Part shown: one piece after another, positions 1-9,094 of the stretch
Position numbering within the stretch: position 1 is the first letter of the stretch
Layout: each line of letters starts with the position of its first letter
Origin: an uncultured delta proteobacterium
Lineage (GTDB): Bacteria > Desulfobacterota > Desulfuromonadia > Geobacterales > DSM-12255
Direction of reading: 5' to 3'
Assembly: GCA_963787125.1 (NCBI GenBank)
Contig: CAWBBV010000001.1
Span: 544,001-608,000, forward strand
DNA: 64,000 nucleotides
The notes under the pieces: model-generated
The model's input: the letters and a program-made list of their open reading frames with translations, nothing else
Told to the model about the DNA's origin: nothing
Databases searched by the model: none
Translations under genes and position numbers: made by a program

Positions 1-1373
1 GTGCCTGAGACCTTTTTACCGGTAGACCCCCGGTAGAAAAGCTCAAAAATCCGCTCTTTCTCTGCATCGGGAACTCCGGGGCCATGATCCCTGACAGCCA
101 GCCAGGCGGTTGAGCCGTCCCGCCCGCCCGAAACCTCGACCGGTTCACCGCCTGCATACCGCAGCGCATTGCCGATAAGATTGTCGAGAATCTGAATGAA
201 AAGGGTTCTTGACAACATCATCTCCGGGAGAGCTGAAGTGGTCAGTACTGCTTCATCAGCAAAGCCGGCGGCAAACCGGAGCAGAATGTCCTTCAGCACC
301 TCCTCTCCGGAAACAGGCGCGGATGGCGGTTCAACTTTGCCAAGCGTTGCCAGGGAGAGCAGATCCTCAAGCATCAGATGCATCCTTTCCCCCTGCTTCA
401 TGACCTCATCAAGCATCTCATTGACAGCAGGCGGCAAATCAGCGCCATACTGTTCCTGAATAAACTGAACATAGCCGAGAATCGGGGTTAACGGTGATCT
501 CAGGTCGTGGGAGACGGTATGAACAAAGGCGTCAAGCTCCCGGTTTGCCTGCAGCAGCTTCTCTTCCAGAGCTTTTCTCAGACTTATATCCTGTACCAGG
601 GCAATGGCATAGGCCGGGCGACCGTCTCCGCCGATAACGCAGGCAACCGAGACATGCCCCCAGACAATAGTGCCGTCTTTACGAATATAACGTCTTTCAC
701 AGTCGATTGAGTCTGTTTTGAAAGCAAAGAGCTCATCGTACATGGAGGTGATTTTCTCGGTGTCGTGGGGGTGGGTGATATCAAGGATGTTCTTGCCGAT
801 CAACTCCACTTCACTGTAGTCGGTAAAGGTGCAAAAGGCAGGATTCACCTGTACGATATTGTGAAATGGTGAGATCACCACCAACCCTGCAGCAGCTGTC
901 TGAAAGATGGAGCGGAAGCGCTCTTCACTCTCTTTCAGCGCGTCCTCGGTAAGTCTCTGTCTGACGACATAACCCCACTGGCGCAGGGCCTTGTAAATAA
1001 CCTTGGGAACATTGGCAAGGGATTCGGGGGTTTTCAGCAGGTAGTCGAAGGCTCCGGCTTTGATGGCGTCAACGACCTCAATCTCGTTGCCGACATCTGC
1101 GGTAAGAATAATCGGGAAATGAGCGCTGTTCTTGTCAAATGGCAGCAGCACGGTCCCTCTGCCGTCAGGGAGCAGCAGGTCGGCAATAACCAGGTCAGGC
1201 GTGTTCTCATCAAGCCATCGCCTGGCTTCAGCTATCGTCGTCGCCAGATGGAAAGAAAAACCTGTTTCAGAGGCGGCAAGCGACTCACGGATCAGGCTGA
1301 CTGTACCTGCTGAATCCTGAACCAGCAGCAAAGATATCGGTCTGCTAATGTGAGTGTCGGCTGATATCAGCAT
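1..1373 (-). CDS. Hybrid sensor histidine kinase, REC-PAS-HisKA-HATPase (3' end runs off the window)
   Basis: Manual translation from ATG at 1373: receiver (DLVIADLLLPDG, AFDYLLK), PAS (EERFRSIF...ITHPHD...RYIRKDG), H-box VSHDLRSPL, N-box NLIGNA, G1 VRDHGPG. Confidence 0.9.
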   Translation of the reverse strand, partial: MLISADTHISRPISLLLVQDSAGTVSLIRESLAASETGFSFHLATTIAEARRWLDENTPDLVIADLLLPDGRGTVLLPFDKNSAHFPIILTADVGNEIEVVDAIKAGAFDYLLKTPESLANVPKVIYKALRQWGYVVRQRLTEDALKESEERFRSIFQTAAAGLVVISPFHNIVQVNPAFCTFTDYSEVELIGKNILDITHPHDTEKITSMYDELFAFKTDSIDCERRYIRKDGTIVWGHVSVACVIGGDGRPAYAIALVQDISLRKALEEKLLQANRELDAFVHTVSHDLRSPLTPILGYVQFIQEQYGADLPPAVNEMLDEVMKQGERMHLMLEDLLSLATLGKVEPPSAPVSGEEVLKDILLRFAAGFADEAVLTTSALPEMMLSRTLFIQILDNLIGNALRYAGGEPVEVSGGRDGSTAWLAVRDHGPGVPDAEKERIFELFYRGSTGKKVSG

Positions 1374-1527
1374 AAAGAAATGACCCTGTGTTATCTCGAC
1401 CTTGAAAATTTACCAGATTTACTTCAAGATAGATTTTCCCGGAGAATAACATAACCTAATCCTGATAAACAGAATAAGTGCATTAAAGAAGTTTTTACTA
1501 AACCCACTTCATGACAAAAGATAACCG

Positions 1528-1962
1528 ATGAATCTTAAACAGCACCTGACAGCAACTGCCCTGGTAGCAGTCCCCCTTCTGGCCTGCAGCAGCAGCCTGG
1601 AGACTGCTGTCTTTTGCACTGGCAGCATCCTGATAGATGTTGACCACCAGATATTTTATTTTATCAGAACCGGCAGACTTGATATCTCAGGCATGTTCCG
1701 TTATTTCAGAGAGGATGTTGACGAACATCTTTACTCCATTCCCTACCTCGGGGTGTGCATTTTTCACACCATTGAATTTTTTCTGCTCGTTGGGCTGCTT
1801 TCGCTTTTTTACCCTCTGTTCCACTATCTCCTCGCCGGACTCGTCTTTCATATCTGCCTTGACATCTATGATATGGTCCGCCTCAAAGTCCCGTTCATCC
1901 GCGCCTACTCTTTGATCGAGCACCTGTTCCGCAGGCGGATGAAAGGGTATCCGTTTGTTTGA
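1528..1962 (+). CDS. Membrane protein, probable metal-dependent hydrolase (YdjM-like)
   Basis: Hydrophobic 144 aa with H, IDVDH, FHT and HICLD motifs typical of membrane metal-dependent hydrolases. Confidence 0.55.
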   Translation: MNLKQHLTATALVAVPLLACSSSLETAVFCTGSILIDVDHQIFYFIRTGRLDISGMFRYFREDVDEHLYSIPYLGVCIFHTIEFFLLVGLLSLFYPLFHYLLAGLVFHICLDIYDMVRLKVPFIRAYSLIEHLFRRRMKGYPFV

Positions 1963-2212
1963 AACCGGCAGCAGCTCTGCTCGCTGTTGAAGTATTTAAT
2001 GCTGGAGGTGCGGCCAGCAGCGGCTTGATAAACCGTTCGAAGGTGGCCTGTTGTTTGTCTGTCAGCAGGTCGAAGTTCCCTTCATTGTCGAGTAGAAAAG
2101 TGCCGACACCAATGACCGTTTTTGCCAGATAGCCGGTATCGCGAACACTCTTTTCAATTTCAGCGGACCGCCTGCTCAAAAGAAACCGCAGCTTGTTCAG
2201 GTCTATTTTCAT
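1895..2212 (-). CDS. Hypothetical protein
   Basis: 105-aa ORF with GGGAG RBS; protein-like composition. Confidence 0.65.
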   Translation of the reverse strand: MKIDLNKLRFLLSRRSAEIEKSVRDTGYLAKTVIGVGTFLLDNEGNFDLLTDKQQATFERFIKPLLAAPPALNTSTASRAAAGFKQTDTLSSACGTGARSKSRRG

Positions 2213-2283
2213 ATCTGTCTGCTCCCGTAATGTTAAAATGAGTTATTGCCGCGATAGTGAAGGCTATTGCTGGTGGCGAGGAG

Positions 2284-2655
2284 TTAATCGTCCCAGTTGC
2301 CCGATTCCCAGCGCTCAATCGCCATGCCGGCCCGAAAGCCGAGCAGCCCCGGTTCTGCTGCCAGCCGGCGCAGGGTCGCCAGGCAGTGGCTGCTGTTATG
2401 GCGCAGCGAGTAAACCGCCGCCATGCCGGCTACAACCGGGTCACTACTGTCGACCAGGGCCTGCAGTCTTTCCAGCCCTTGCTCTCCGCAGCCTGCCACT
2501 GCTTCATAAAGACCGGCAATCATCCGGGCCTGGCTTTCGGCGCGCTCTGCTGCCAGTGACTCCAGTGCAGCGTGATGTGCCTGAGCCGCAAAGGCGAAAC
2601 GCTGCAGCAGCCGCTGCAACCGGGGATCAGCCGAACCGCTTTCAGGGAGTGTCAT
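2284..2655 (-). CDS. DUF2019-like alpha-helical protein
   Basis: HEAT-like pattern LQALVDSSDPVVAGMAA...GLLGFRAGMAIERWESG. Confidence 0.55.
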   Translation of the reverse strand: MTLPESGSADPRLQRLLQRFAFAAQAHHAALESLAAERAESQARMIAGLYEAVAGCGEQGLERLQALVDSSDPVVAGMAAVYSLRHNSSHCLATLRRLAAEPGLLGFRAGMAIERWESGNWDD

Positions 2656-2685
2656 TAATCAGCCTTCTGTCCGGAGCGGTTTAAT

Positions 2686-2907
2686 TTAAAGTTCCTCGCT
2701 TAACGTAAAACGCGGCACTTCTTTCCCATCAACATGGACCGTTTCTGTGAACATTGCCAGCGGTCGTACCCAGAGTGAGTTGTTGTCATAGGTGCAGCGA
2801 TATACCACCAGCAGTTCATCGGACTCGCTATGCCGTGCCGTGCCGATCACCCGGTATTCGCCCCCCTTGTAGTGCCGGTATTGACCCGGAGTTACAGCTT
2901 CCTGCAT
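2686..2907 (-). CDS. DUF1653 domain protein
   Basis: GQYRHYKGGEY...HSE...VVYR...LWVRP..MF...PRF signature. Confidence 0.9.
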   Translation of the reverse strand: MQEAVTPGQYRHYKGGEYRVIGTARHSESDELLVVYRCTYDNNSLWVRPLAMFTETVHVDGKEVPRFTLSEEL

Positions 2908-2923
2908 AAACGCTCCTTGCTTG

Positions 2924-3877
2924 TCACTGTTGCCAGTCTTTGCTGCGAGTCATGCTTTGATCCGCCTCTACCTCGGCCAGCAGTTCCAGATAAGTGGCGT
3001 AGCGCCCGGCCGGGATCTCTCCCTGCTCTACCAGCTTGATAACAGCGCAGCCCGGTTCAGTCCGGTGCCGGCAGTTGCGGAAGCGGCAGCTCGTGTCGCC
3101 ATGTTCTTCGAAACCGGGAAAGTGGCTGGAAAGTTCCTCCGCCAGGATGTCAACCAGACCGAAATCCCGGAAACCGGGGGTGTCGACCAGTTCGCCCCCT
3201 CCTGACAGGGCATGCAGTGTCGAGACGGTGGTAGTGTGTCGGCCCAGGCCGCTCTGCGCGCTGATCTTGCCCACTTTGAGATCGATTTCCGGGCAGAGAG
3301 CATTCAGCAGCGAGCTTTTACCGACGCCGCTGGAGCCGACAAAAACCCCCCGGTGCCCCTCGTGCAGAAAAGCCTGCAACGGCTCCAGTCCGGTTCTGCT
3401 CTTGGCGCTGATGGCAAAGACTGGTACCGAGCCGGCATAGATTCTGCTCAGATTGGCGAGCAGGGGGGCTGTGTCATCAATATCACACTTGTTGACTACT
3501 ATGAACGGTTGCAACTTTGCCACCCTGGCCGCAACAATGGCCCGATCAATGAATCCGGCCAACGAATTCAGTGCCACGACAATGCCGAGAACATCCAGAT
3601 TAGCCGCAACCAGGTGGATACCGCCCCGGGCATCGCGCCGCCTGAGCTCTGTCCGCCGGGGCAGACGTCGCAGCAGTTCTCCCGCGACCTCCACATCATC
3701 GCCGACAACGTGTCCGGAATTCCGCTTGACCCTCACCATCCGGCGTTTGCCGGTTGTAAAGACAACCTCGACCTCAACACCGTAGTGGGAGGATATCAAC
3801 CCCTGGCACGTCTGGTCGGAATCGGTGGCAGCCGTTCTGATAGCGGTGCGGTCGTTGCTGCTACGATCCCTTTTCAT
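2924..3877 (-). CDS. rsgA: Ribosome small subunit-dependent GTPase A
   Basis: Circularly permuted GTPase NKCD / GSSGVGKSS / GRHTTT / DTPG plus C-terminal CRFRNCRHRTEPGC zinc finger. Confidence 0.93.
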   Translation of the reverse strand: MKRDRSSNDRTAIRTAATDSDQTCQGLISSHYGVEVEVVFTTGKRRMVRVKRNSGHVVGDDVEVAGELLRRLPRRTELRRRDARGGIHLVAANLDVLGIVVALNSLAGFIDRAIVAARVAKLQPFIVVNKCDIDDTAPLLANLSRIYAGSVPVFAISAKSRTGLEPLQAFLHEGHRGVFVGSSGVGKSSLLNALCPEIDLKVGKISAQSGLGRHTTTVSTLHALSGGGELVDTPGFRDFGLVDILAEELSSHFPGFEEHGDTSCRFRNCRHRTEPGCAVIKLVEQGEIPAGRYATYLELLAEVEADQSMTRSKDWQQ

Positions 3878-4077
3878 ATAAATATCACCAGGCCGAAAGC
3901 TGACAGGTGTTCGACAGCTGCTGCAAATATGCTCAAAAAATCCACGGAGGCGTTTTCCTTTTAGTTAAGACACTACGCAAAATAACACGTTACGGTTATG
4001 GGAGCAATTATTTCGCTTTTGTGTAAGGCTCATGGCATGTGGCTCGTCATGAAAGCGGGTTTTTTAAAGCCCGGATT

Positions 4078-4263
4078 TTAAAGCGGGAGTATAATGAAAA
4101 TAGAGATAGCAGCTTCATCAATAAGGGCCTGACAAAAGGCAGGGAGGTGGCAACCATGAAAGCAATGACAACCAGAACAATGATGCCGCGCCGCCGGATG
4201 AGCGCAGCCATGAGAGCGTTGACAAGCAGAAAGCTCCGGATGACTCCGAACCGCAATGTTCAT
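4078..4263 (-). CDS. Putative 61-aa Cys/His-rich small protein
   Basis: GAGGGG RBS 7 nt before ATG; 7 Cys and 8 His including CSGCH; may be spurious. Confidence 0.35.
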   Translation of the reverse strand: MNIAVRSHPELSACQRSHGCAHPAARHHCSGCHCFHGCHLPAFCQALIDEAAISIFIILPL

Positions 4264-4397
4264 GTCATCACCCCTCACGGGAAATTGATGCTTGGGCGCA
4301 AGGGACGTAAAGTGTAAACCAGCGGTTACCTGCACCGGTATCCGGATTGCTGGCGCCAGTCGGGTTGGCCTGTGTGCCGGAGTGGCAGCGCTACAGA

Positions 4398-4432
4398 AAC
4401 AGGAAAGGCGGCCGATGGTCGCCTTTCCTGTT
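4398..4432. terminator. Strong hairpin, terminator-like on the minus strand
   Basis: aacaggaaaggcg / cgcctttcctgtt 13-bp inverted repeat. Confidence 0.6.
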
Positions 4433-4500
4433 GCAATTCTCTGCTCCCGCGTCTCCCGGGAAATAGCCGGTAGTATCGATGAATACGATTAACAGAATTG

Positions 4501-4518
4501 TGATTATTGAAATTATCA
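4501..4518. promoter_or_regulatory. AT-rich imperfect palindrome, possible Fur-family box
   Basis: TGATTATTGAAATTATCA, 14/18 self-complementary, upstream of the activase gene. Confidence 0.35.
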
Positions 4519-4591
4519 ATTTGACCTTACCCTGGCGACCTGTTAATAATCCGTCCATTCATTAAAATAGCACCATTCTAGGCCCGGGAAC

Positions 4592-5387
4592 ATGGCAGGA
4601 GACTTTATTAAACTGGCCGGCATTGATATCGGATCGAGAAGTATCGAGTTCGTGCTCCTTGATAGTGAACGTAATGCGGTTATAGACCGCTTTCAGGCGG
4701 AGACATCCATCGACCTCTCCGCGCAATTGCGCCTGATCAAAGAACGTTATGCGTGGGATCATCTCATCTCCACCGGTTATGGCCGCCAGCTCTCCCAAAA
4801 GGTGCTGGGTGGTGCGGTCATTACCGAAATCAAGGCCTACTCCACCTCGGCCCATCATTTCCATCCGGACATTGACACCGTTATTGATCTCGGCGGCCAG
4901 GATACCAAGGCGTTGTCAATCAATCGAAACAACGGCCAGCTGCAGAAATTCGAGATGAACGATAAATGTTCAGCCGGTACGGGCAAATTTTTTGAAATGA
5001 TGGCCGGCTCATTGGGACTCAGTCTGGATGAACTGGTGACTGCAGCGCTCCGGGGGAGCAAAACGATCGAGATCAACAGTACCTGTACCGTTTTTGCGGA
5101 ATCGGAAGTGATCTCGCTCTTAACCTCGGGAATTGCCCTGGCAGATATCGCCCGGGCGATCCATGAAGCGTTGTTGATAAAACTGGTCTCCCTGCTGTCA
5201 AAAGTAATGCGGTCCGACACGGCAGAGATCCTTTTTGTCGGCGGCGGCGCGAAGAACAGCGCCTTGGTGCAGTTTCTTGCCGAAGCACTGAATCGTCCAG
5301 GTGATCGTCCCGGAATTTCCCGATTTCTACGGCGCCTATGGCGCTGCCATTCACGCAAAAACTTTAACTAACCAGGAGAACAGATGA
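4592..5387 (+). pseudogene. Acyl-CoA dehydratase activase (HgdC/YjiL-type ASKHA ATPase), +1 frameshift near 5297
   Basis: GIDIGSRS, STGYGR, IDLGGQDTK, MNDKCSAGTG, CTVFAESE; the expected tail VIVPEFPDFYGAYGAA is in another frame and its TGA (5385-5387) overlaps the next ATG. Confidence 0.85.
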
Positions 5388-6534
5388 CCCCGCTATTTAA
5401 TGATGATTTTCAGGATTTTCCTCTCAAACGCGCCCTGGCGCAGGTTGTCAAAAAAAGAGAGGCCGGCGCCAAGGTTATCGGCGCCTACTGCTCCTATGCA
5501 CCGGTTGAACTCATCTGGGCCATGGGTGGTGTTCCGGCGGTGCTGTGCGCATTTTCCAACGCACCGATTGCCAAGGCTGAAGAGACACTGCCCGTCAATC
5601 TCTGCCCGCTGATCAAGTCCAGCTTCGGTTTTATCGAACTGAAAACCTGCCCGTTCTTTGAACTGACCGATGCGGTCGTCGGCGAGACCACCTGTGACGG
5701 CAAGAAGAAGATGTTCGAGCTGATTGAACAACATCGGCCGCTCTACGTCATGGATCTCCCCCAGTGTCCGACCAATGAAGGGGCGGTTACTTACTGGCGT
5801 CATTCCGTCAACGGCTTCAAAAATTTCCTTGAAGTGACGTTTGCCACCACTCATTTCCAACGATGCTGCCCTGGAAGAGAGCATCAAGGACTGCAACCGT
5901 AAAAACCGTCTGGTAGAAAAGATTTTCGCCTTCGGCGCCTGCAAGCCTCAGTCATCACCTGGCAGGAGATGTACGCCGTTGCGACCTATGCCATGGCCAC
6001 CAACGGTGCCGAGGCCGGTGCGAAACTTGAGGAAATCATTGCCACGCTTTCGGCACGGAAAGAGCAGAAGGTCTTCACCGTCAAAGGAGAGTGCCAAAAG
6101 AGTTCTGATCACCGGCTGCCCGGTTGGCGGCGATGTTCTCAAGGTGTTGAAGACTTGTCGATGAAGAGGGTGCTGTTATTGTCGGCCTCGATTCCTGCAC
6201 CGGTCTCAAGCCGTATGTCGGCGCCATTGAGGAAGGGAGCGGCGATCCGCTGCTGGCGATAGCAAAACGGTATCTGCAGATCCCCTGCGCCTGTATGACC
6301 CCGAACACCGGTCGTTTTGCGGCGCTGAAAAGCCAGGTAGACTCACTCAAGCCGGATCTGGTCATCGATCTCGTGCTGCAGTCCTGTCACACCTACAATG
6401 TCGAGGCGGTCAAGGTCGAGTCCTATGTGCGGGGGGATCTTGGCACCAACTATCTGAAAGTCGTCACCGATTTTTCCCAGCAGGATCTGGGGCAGCTAAA
6501 GACAAGAATCGCCGCAGCGCTTGAAATGGATTAG
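5384..6534 (+). pseudogene. 2-hydroxyacyl-CoA dehydratase / double-cubane-cluster reductase family (YjiM-like), four frameshifts
   Basis: YCSYAP, NLCPLIKSS, GETTCDGKKK, ITGCP, SCTG, IPCACM, SCHTYNVE spread over changing frames; shifts near 5851, 5948, 6088, 6156; about 382 aa when rebuilt. Confidence 0.85.
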
Positions 6535-6604
6535 GCAGCATAGATAGCAGCTGTATCTGATCAGCACTGATCCTTGATGATGCTTGATGCTAAGCGACGG
6601 ACGT

Positions 6605-6645
6605 AAAGGCCGCTTTACCGCGAATACCGGTGGAGCGGCCTTTTT
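6605..6645 (+). terminator. Rho-independent terminator
   Basis: aaaggccgctttaccg...cggtggagcggcc followed by ttttt. Confidence 0.75.
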
Positions 6646-6761
6646 ATAGACTTAAATGATTGTCAGTTGAAATGTTGGCGAAAGGGTAGAAACCGGTAAA
6701 ACCAGGTCGAAATATTTGGTCATTTTTTGAAGATGAACTGTTATAAATCAGCTGGTTAAGT

Positions 6762-6787
6762 CAAAACTTCGGGCGCCCGAAGTTTTG
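6762..6787. repeat. Perfect 26-bp palindrome, probable bidirectional terminator
   Basis: caaaacttcgggc/gcccgaagttttg between converging genes. Confidence 0.75.
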
Positions 6788-6867
6788 TGTTCTTTAATGG
6801 ATAGTTTTCACCGGTTTAAGCTTAATTTGTGTGGCACATGCGGTTTCCGTCATTGTTTGAATGGCGG

Positions 6868-8130
6868 CTACGCGAGTAACAGGGCGATTGCATGCAGCAC
6901 CAGGCCGATGACACCGCCGACCAGGGTGCCGTTCATCCTGATAAACTGCAGATCGGAACCGATGCTCAGCTCGATTTCGTTGACGTAATCTTCACTCTCC
7001 CATGCCTGCACTGTGCTTGAAATGTGCCCGGCGATGGCCGTACGCAGCGTATCCCCGTAGCGCAGCACCAGTTTTTCCAGATGCTCATTCAACGATTCCT
7101 GCAACCCCCGGTTGTGCGCCAGAGCAGTGCCGAGGCCGGCAACCGCTGCTGCAATCTTCTCCTGCACTTTTGAATCTGACTTGCACAGATCGGCATTCAG
7201 CCAGTCTTTCAGATCAGTGCCGATATTCTTCGCATAATCAGTGATCGTCTGGCTATGGACGGCTTCTCGCTTGAGCGCTTCTATCTTGCCACGCAGCTCC
7301 GGATCGGATTTCAGCCTGGCACTGAAATTCGCTATTGCCGTGTCAAACGTCCCCCTGACCTCATGAGCAGGATCGGCATTAACTTCCTGGATAAAGACGT
7401 TGATCCTCTTGACTATCTTCTCACCCGCCCCTTTTGCAAACTGATCCCTGTTGGGGATAAAGGCGACGAGCAGCGGATACTCCCTGGCGCACATATCGTC
7501 AATGGCCCTGGCGAGTCTCGTCTGGGCGTCATCGGTAGCCAGCCATCCGGCAAAACGCTTGAAAAGGTCATCAAGAACGAGCTGGTGGCGATTACTTTTT
7601 GTCAGAGTATCGAGAATCGCTCCGGCTGACGAGGAGAGGTCGAAGTTGTCGATCCGGTTGCTGAGAACATTTTTGAGCAGCAGTTGCACCCGCGCATCAT
7701 CAATAAAATCAATAGAGTCGGCACAAGCGCGGGTCAGTCCCTTCGCAAGGCCGGCGGCATGCTCTTTCGACATCAGGTAAACGGCAAGATGTTCTGCCGG
7801 ATTGTACACCCGCAGCTTGGCGATCAGGGTGTCGCTGGCAAGAAACTTGTCACGGATAAATACGGCCAGATTTCCGGCAATGGCCTCCTTCTTGTTCTTG
7901 ATGATGGCCGTATGGGGGATCGGCACCCCCAGCGGGTGGCGGAACAGTGCCACCACCGCAAACCAGTCTGCCAGGGCGCCGACCATGGCCGCCTCGGCAA
8001 AAGCGGCCAGCCAGCCCCAGACCCCGACTCCCCGCTGCGAACGGGCGATCACGAATAGTATTGCTGCACCGAGCATCAATCCTGTGGCTATTCTCTTGTT
8101 TCTGATCAGTAACTGTTTTCTGTTGTCCAC
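6868..8130 (-). CDS. DUF445 family membrane protein (YjiN-like)
   Basis: AEAAMVGALADWFAVVALFRHPLG.PIPHTAII and C-terminal IGSDLQFIRMNGTLVGG. Confidence 0.92.
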   Translation of the reverse strand: MDNRKQLLIRNKRIATGLMLGAAILFVIARSQRGVGVWGWLAAFAEAAMVGALADWFAVVALFRHPLGVPIPHTAIIKNKKEAIAGNLAVFIRDKFLASDTLIAKLRVYNPAEHLAVYLMSKEHAAGLAKGLTRACADSIDFIDDARVQLLLKNVLSNRIDNFDLSSSAGAILDTLTKSNRHQLVLDDLFKRFAGWLATDDAQTRLARAIDDMCAREYPLLVAFIPNRDQFAKGAGEKIVKRINVFIQEVNADPAHEVRGTFDTAIANFSARLKSDPELRGKIEALKREAVHSQTITDYAKNIGTDLKDWLNADLCKSDSKVQEKIAAAVAGLGTALAHNRGLQESLNEHLEKLVLRYGDTLRTAIAGHISSTVQAWESEDYVNEIELSIGSDLQFIRMNGTLVGGVIGLVLHAIALLLA

Positions 8131-8183
8131 ACATTTTCTCCGGGTTTAAATTGTGCTGCTGTCGCGCTAAAAAGTTCTAAAAC

Positions 8184-8254
8184 TGCCGGATCAGAAGCCG
8201 GTCAGGTCGAGATCGGCGCGTCGCCGAGTTTTCGGCCCGACCGGTTCTGCCGAT
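8184..8254 (-). pseudogene. Remnant of the 3' end of a DEAD-box helicase gene
   Basis: 8184-8219 matches 10881-10916 at 32/36 and 8230-8254 matches 11013-11037 at 24/25; encodes IGRTGRAE and DLDLTGF-stop. Confidence 0.8.
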
Positions 8255-8497
8255 ACTGGGGGAGGATTCCAGGGGGGGCGTCAGGTTATATTGCCGTCAT
8301 TAAAATGGGAATAAGTGGCGCATCGGTAGCGCGAAAGTTGAATGTCCGCCGCGCCGGAGTCAGCCAGGCAGCCGGACGGGTCGAAGTAGATATATAAGAC
8401 GAAAACGGCGTTAAATGATATTGGAAATTGGGGAGAGTTTGCTAACGTCAGCTATGTCCCGTTACATCGTGCAACGTTCCCTCCCGTTCCTTTCCCT

Positions 8498-9094
8498 TTA
8501 TCTATCTTTAATGCTTTGCAGCGTCTGTAACTGGATCGTTGCCGTCTCTAACGCCTTTTTTGCTTCCTGGTGGCCGGGTCTGATCGCGAGCAGCACCTTC
8601 CACTTACTGATAGCGCTTTCCAGGCTGCCGCGCCGATACTCTTCGAGCCCTTGTTCCATCAGACGGTTCACACAGCTGTCCAGGAGTGCCCGAATCTTCT
8701 TCGGGTCGTGGCTGACCCGGTCCCTGAGCGAGGCCTCAAGCGGATAAGCATTGAGCACCCCTCTGAAAGCACGCGCCGCAACCGCATAATCACCCGCTGC
8801 GTAGGCGTCAGTACCAACCTCCAGCAGTCCGTTGACAGCCAGAATATATTCCCGTTCCAGTCCTTCACGATTTCTGTTGTTCAGTAGCTCGAGCGCTTGG
8901 CGGTAATTTTTCTTTTCCAGCTGAAAGACAACCTTTCGGCGCAGGAGCGAGTGCTGCTGCTGACGATTCGCAGCGACTGCTGCCTGCTGCTGACTGTCTC
9001 CACCTGCTTTGACGAGAGCGCTATCCTGGCTGGAACAGGCGGCCAGGCCGATGGCCGCCGCAAGAAGAAGTATCAGACCGTTGCCGGTTTTCAT
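8498..9094 (-). CDS. TPR-like lipoprotein
   Basis: ATG 9094 overlaps the upstream stop (ATGA); lipobox LAAC; helical TPR-like repeats. Confidence 0.8.
   Translation of the reverse strand: MKTGNGLILLLAAAIGLAACSSQDSALVKAGGDSQQQAAVAANRQQQHSLLRRKVVFQLEKKNYRQALELLNNRNREGLEREYILAVNGLLEVGTDAYAAGDYAVAARAFRGVLNAYPLEASLRDRVSHDPKKIRALLDSCVNRLMEQGLEEYRRGSLESAISKWKVLLAIRPGHQEAKKALETATIQLQTLQSIKDR

Noticed and set aside
6555..6592. TGAT-rich short tandem-like repeats
   Set aside because: Too short and irregular to distinguish from chance.
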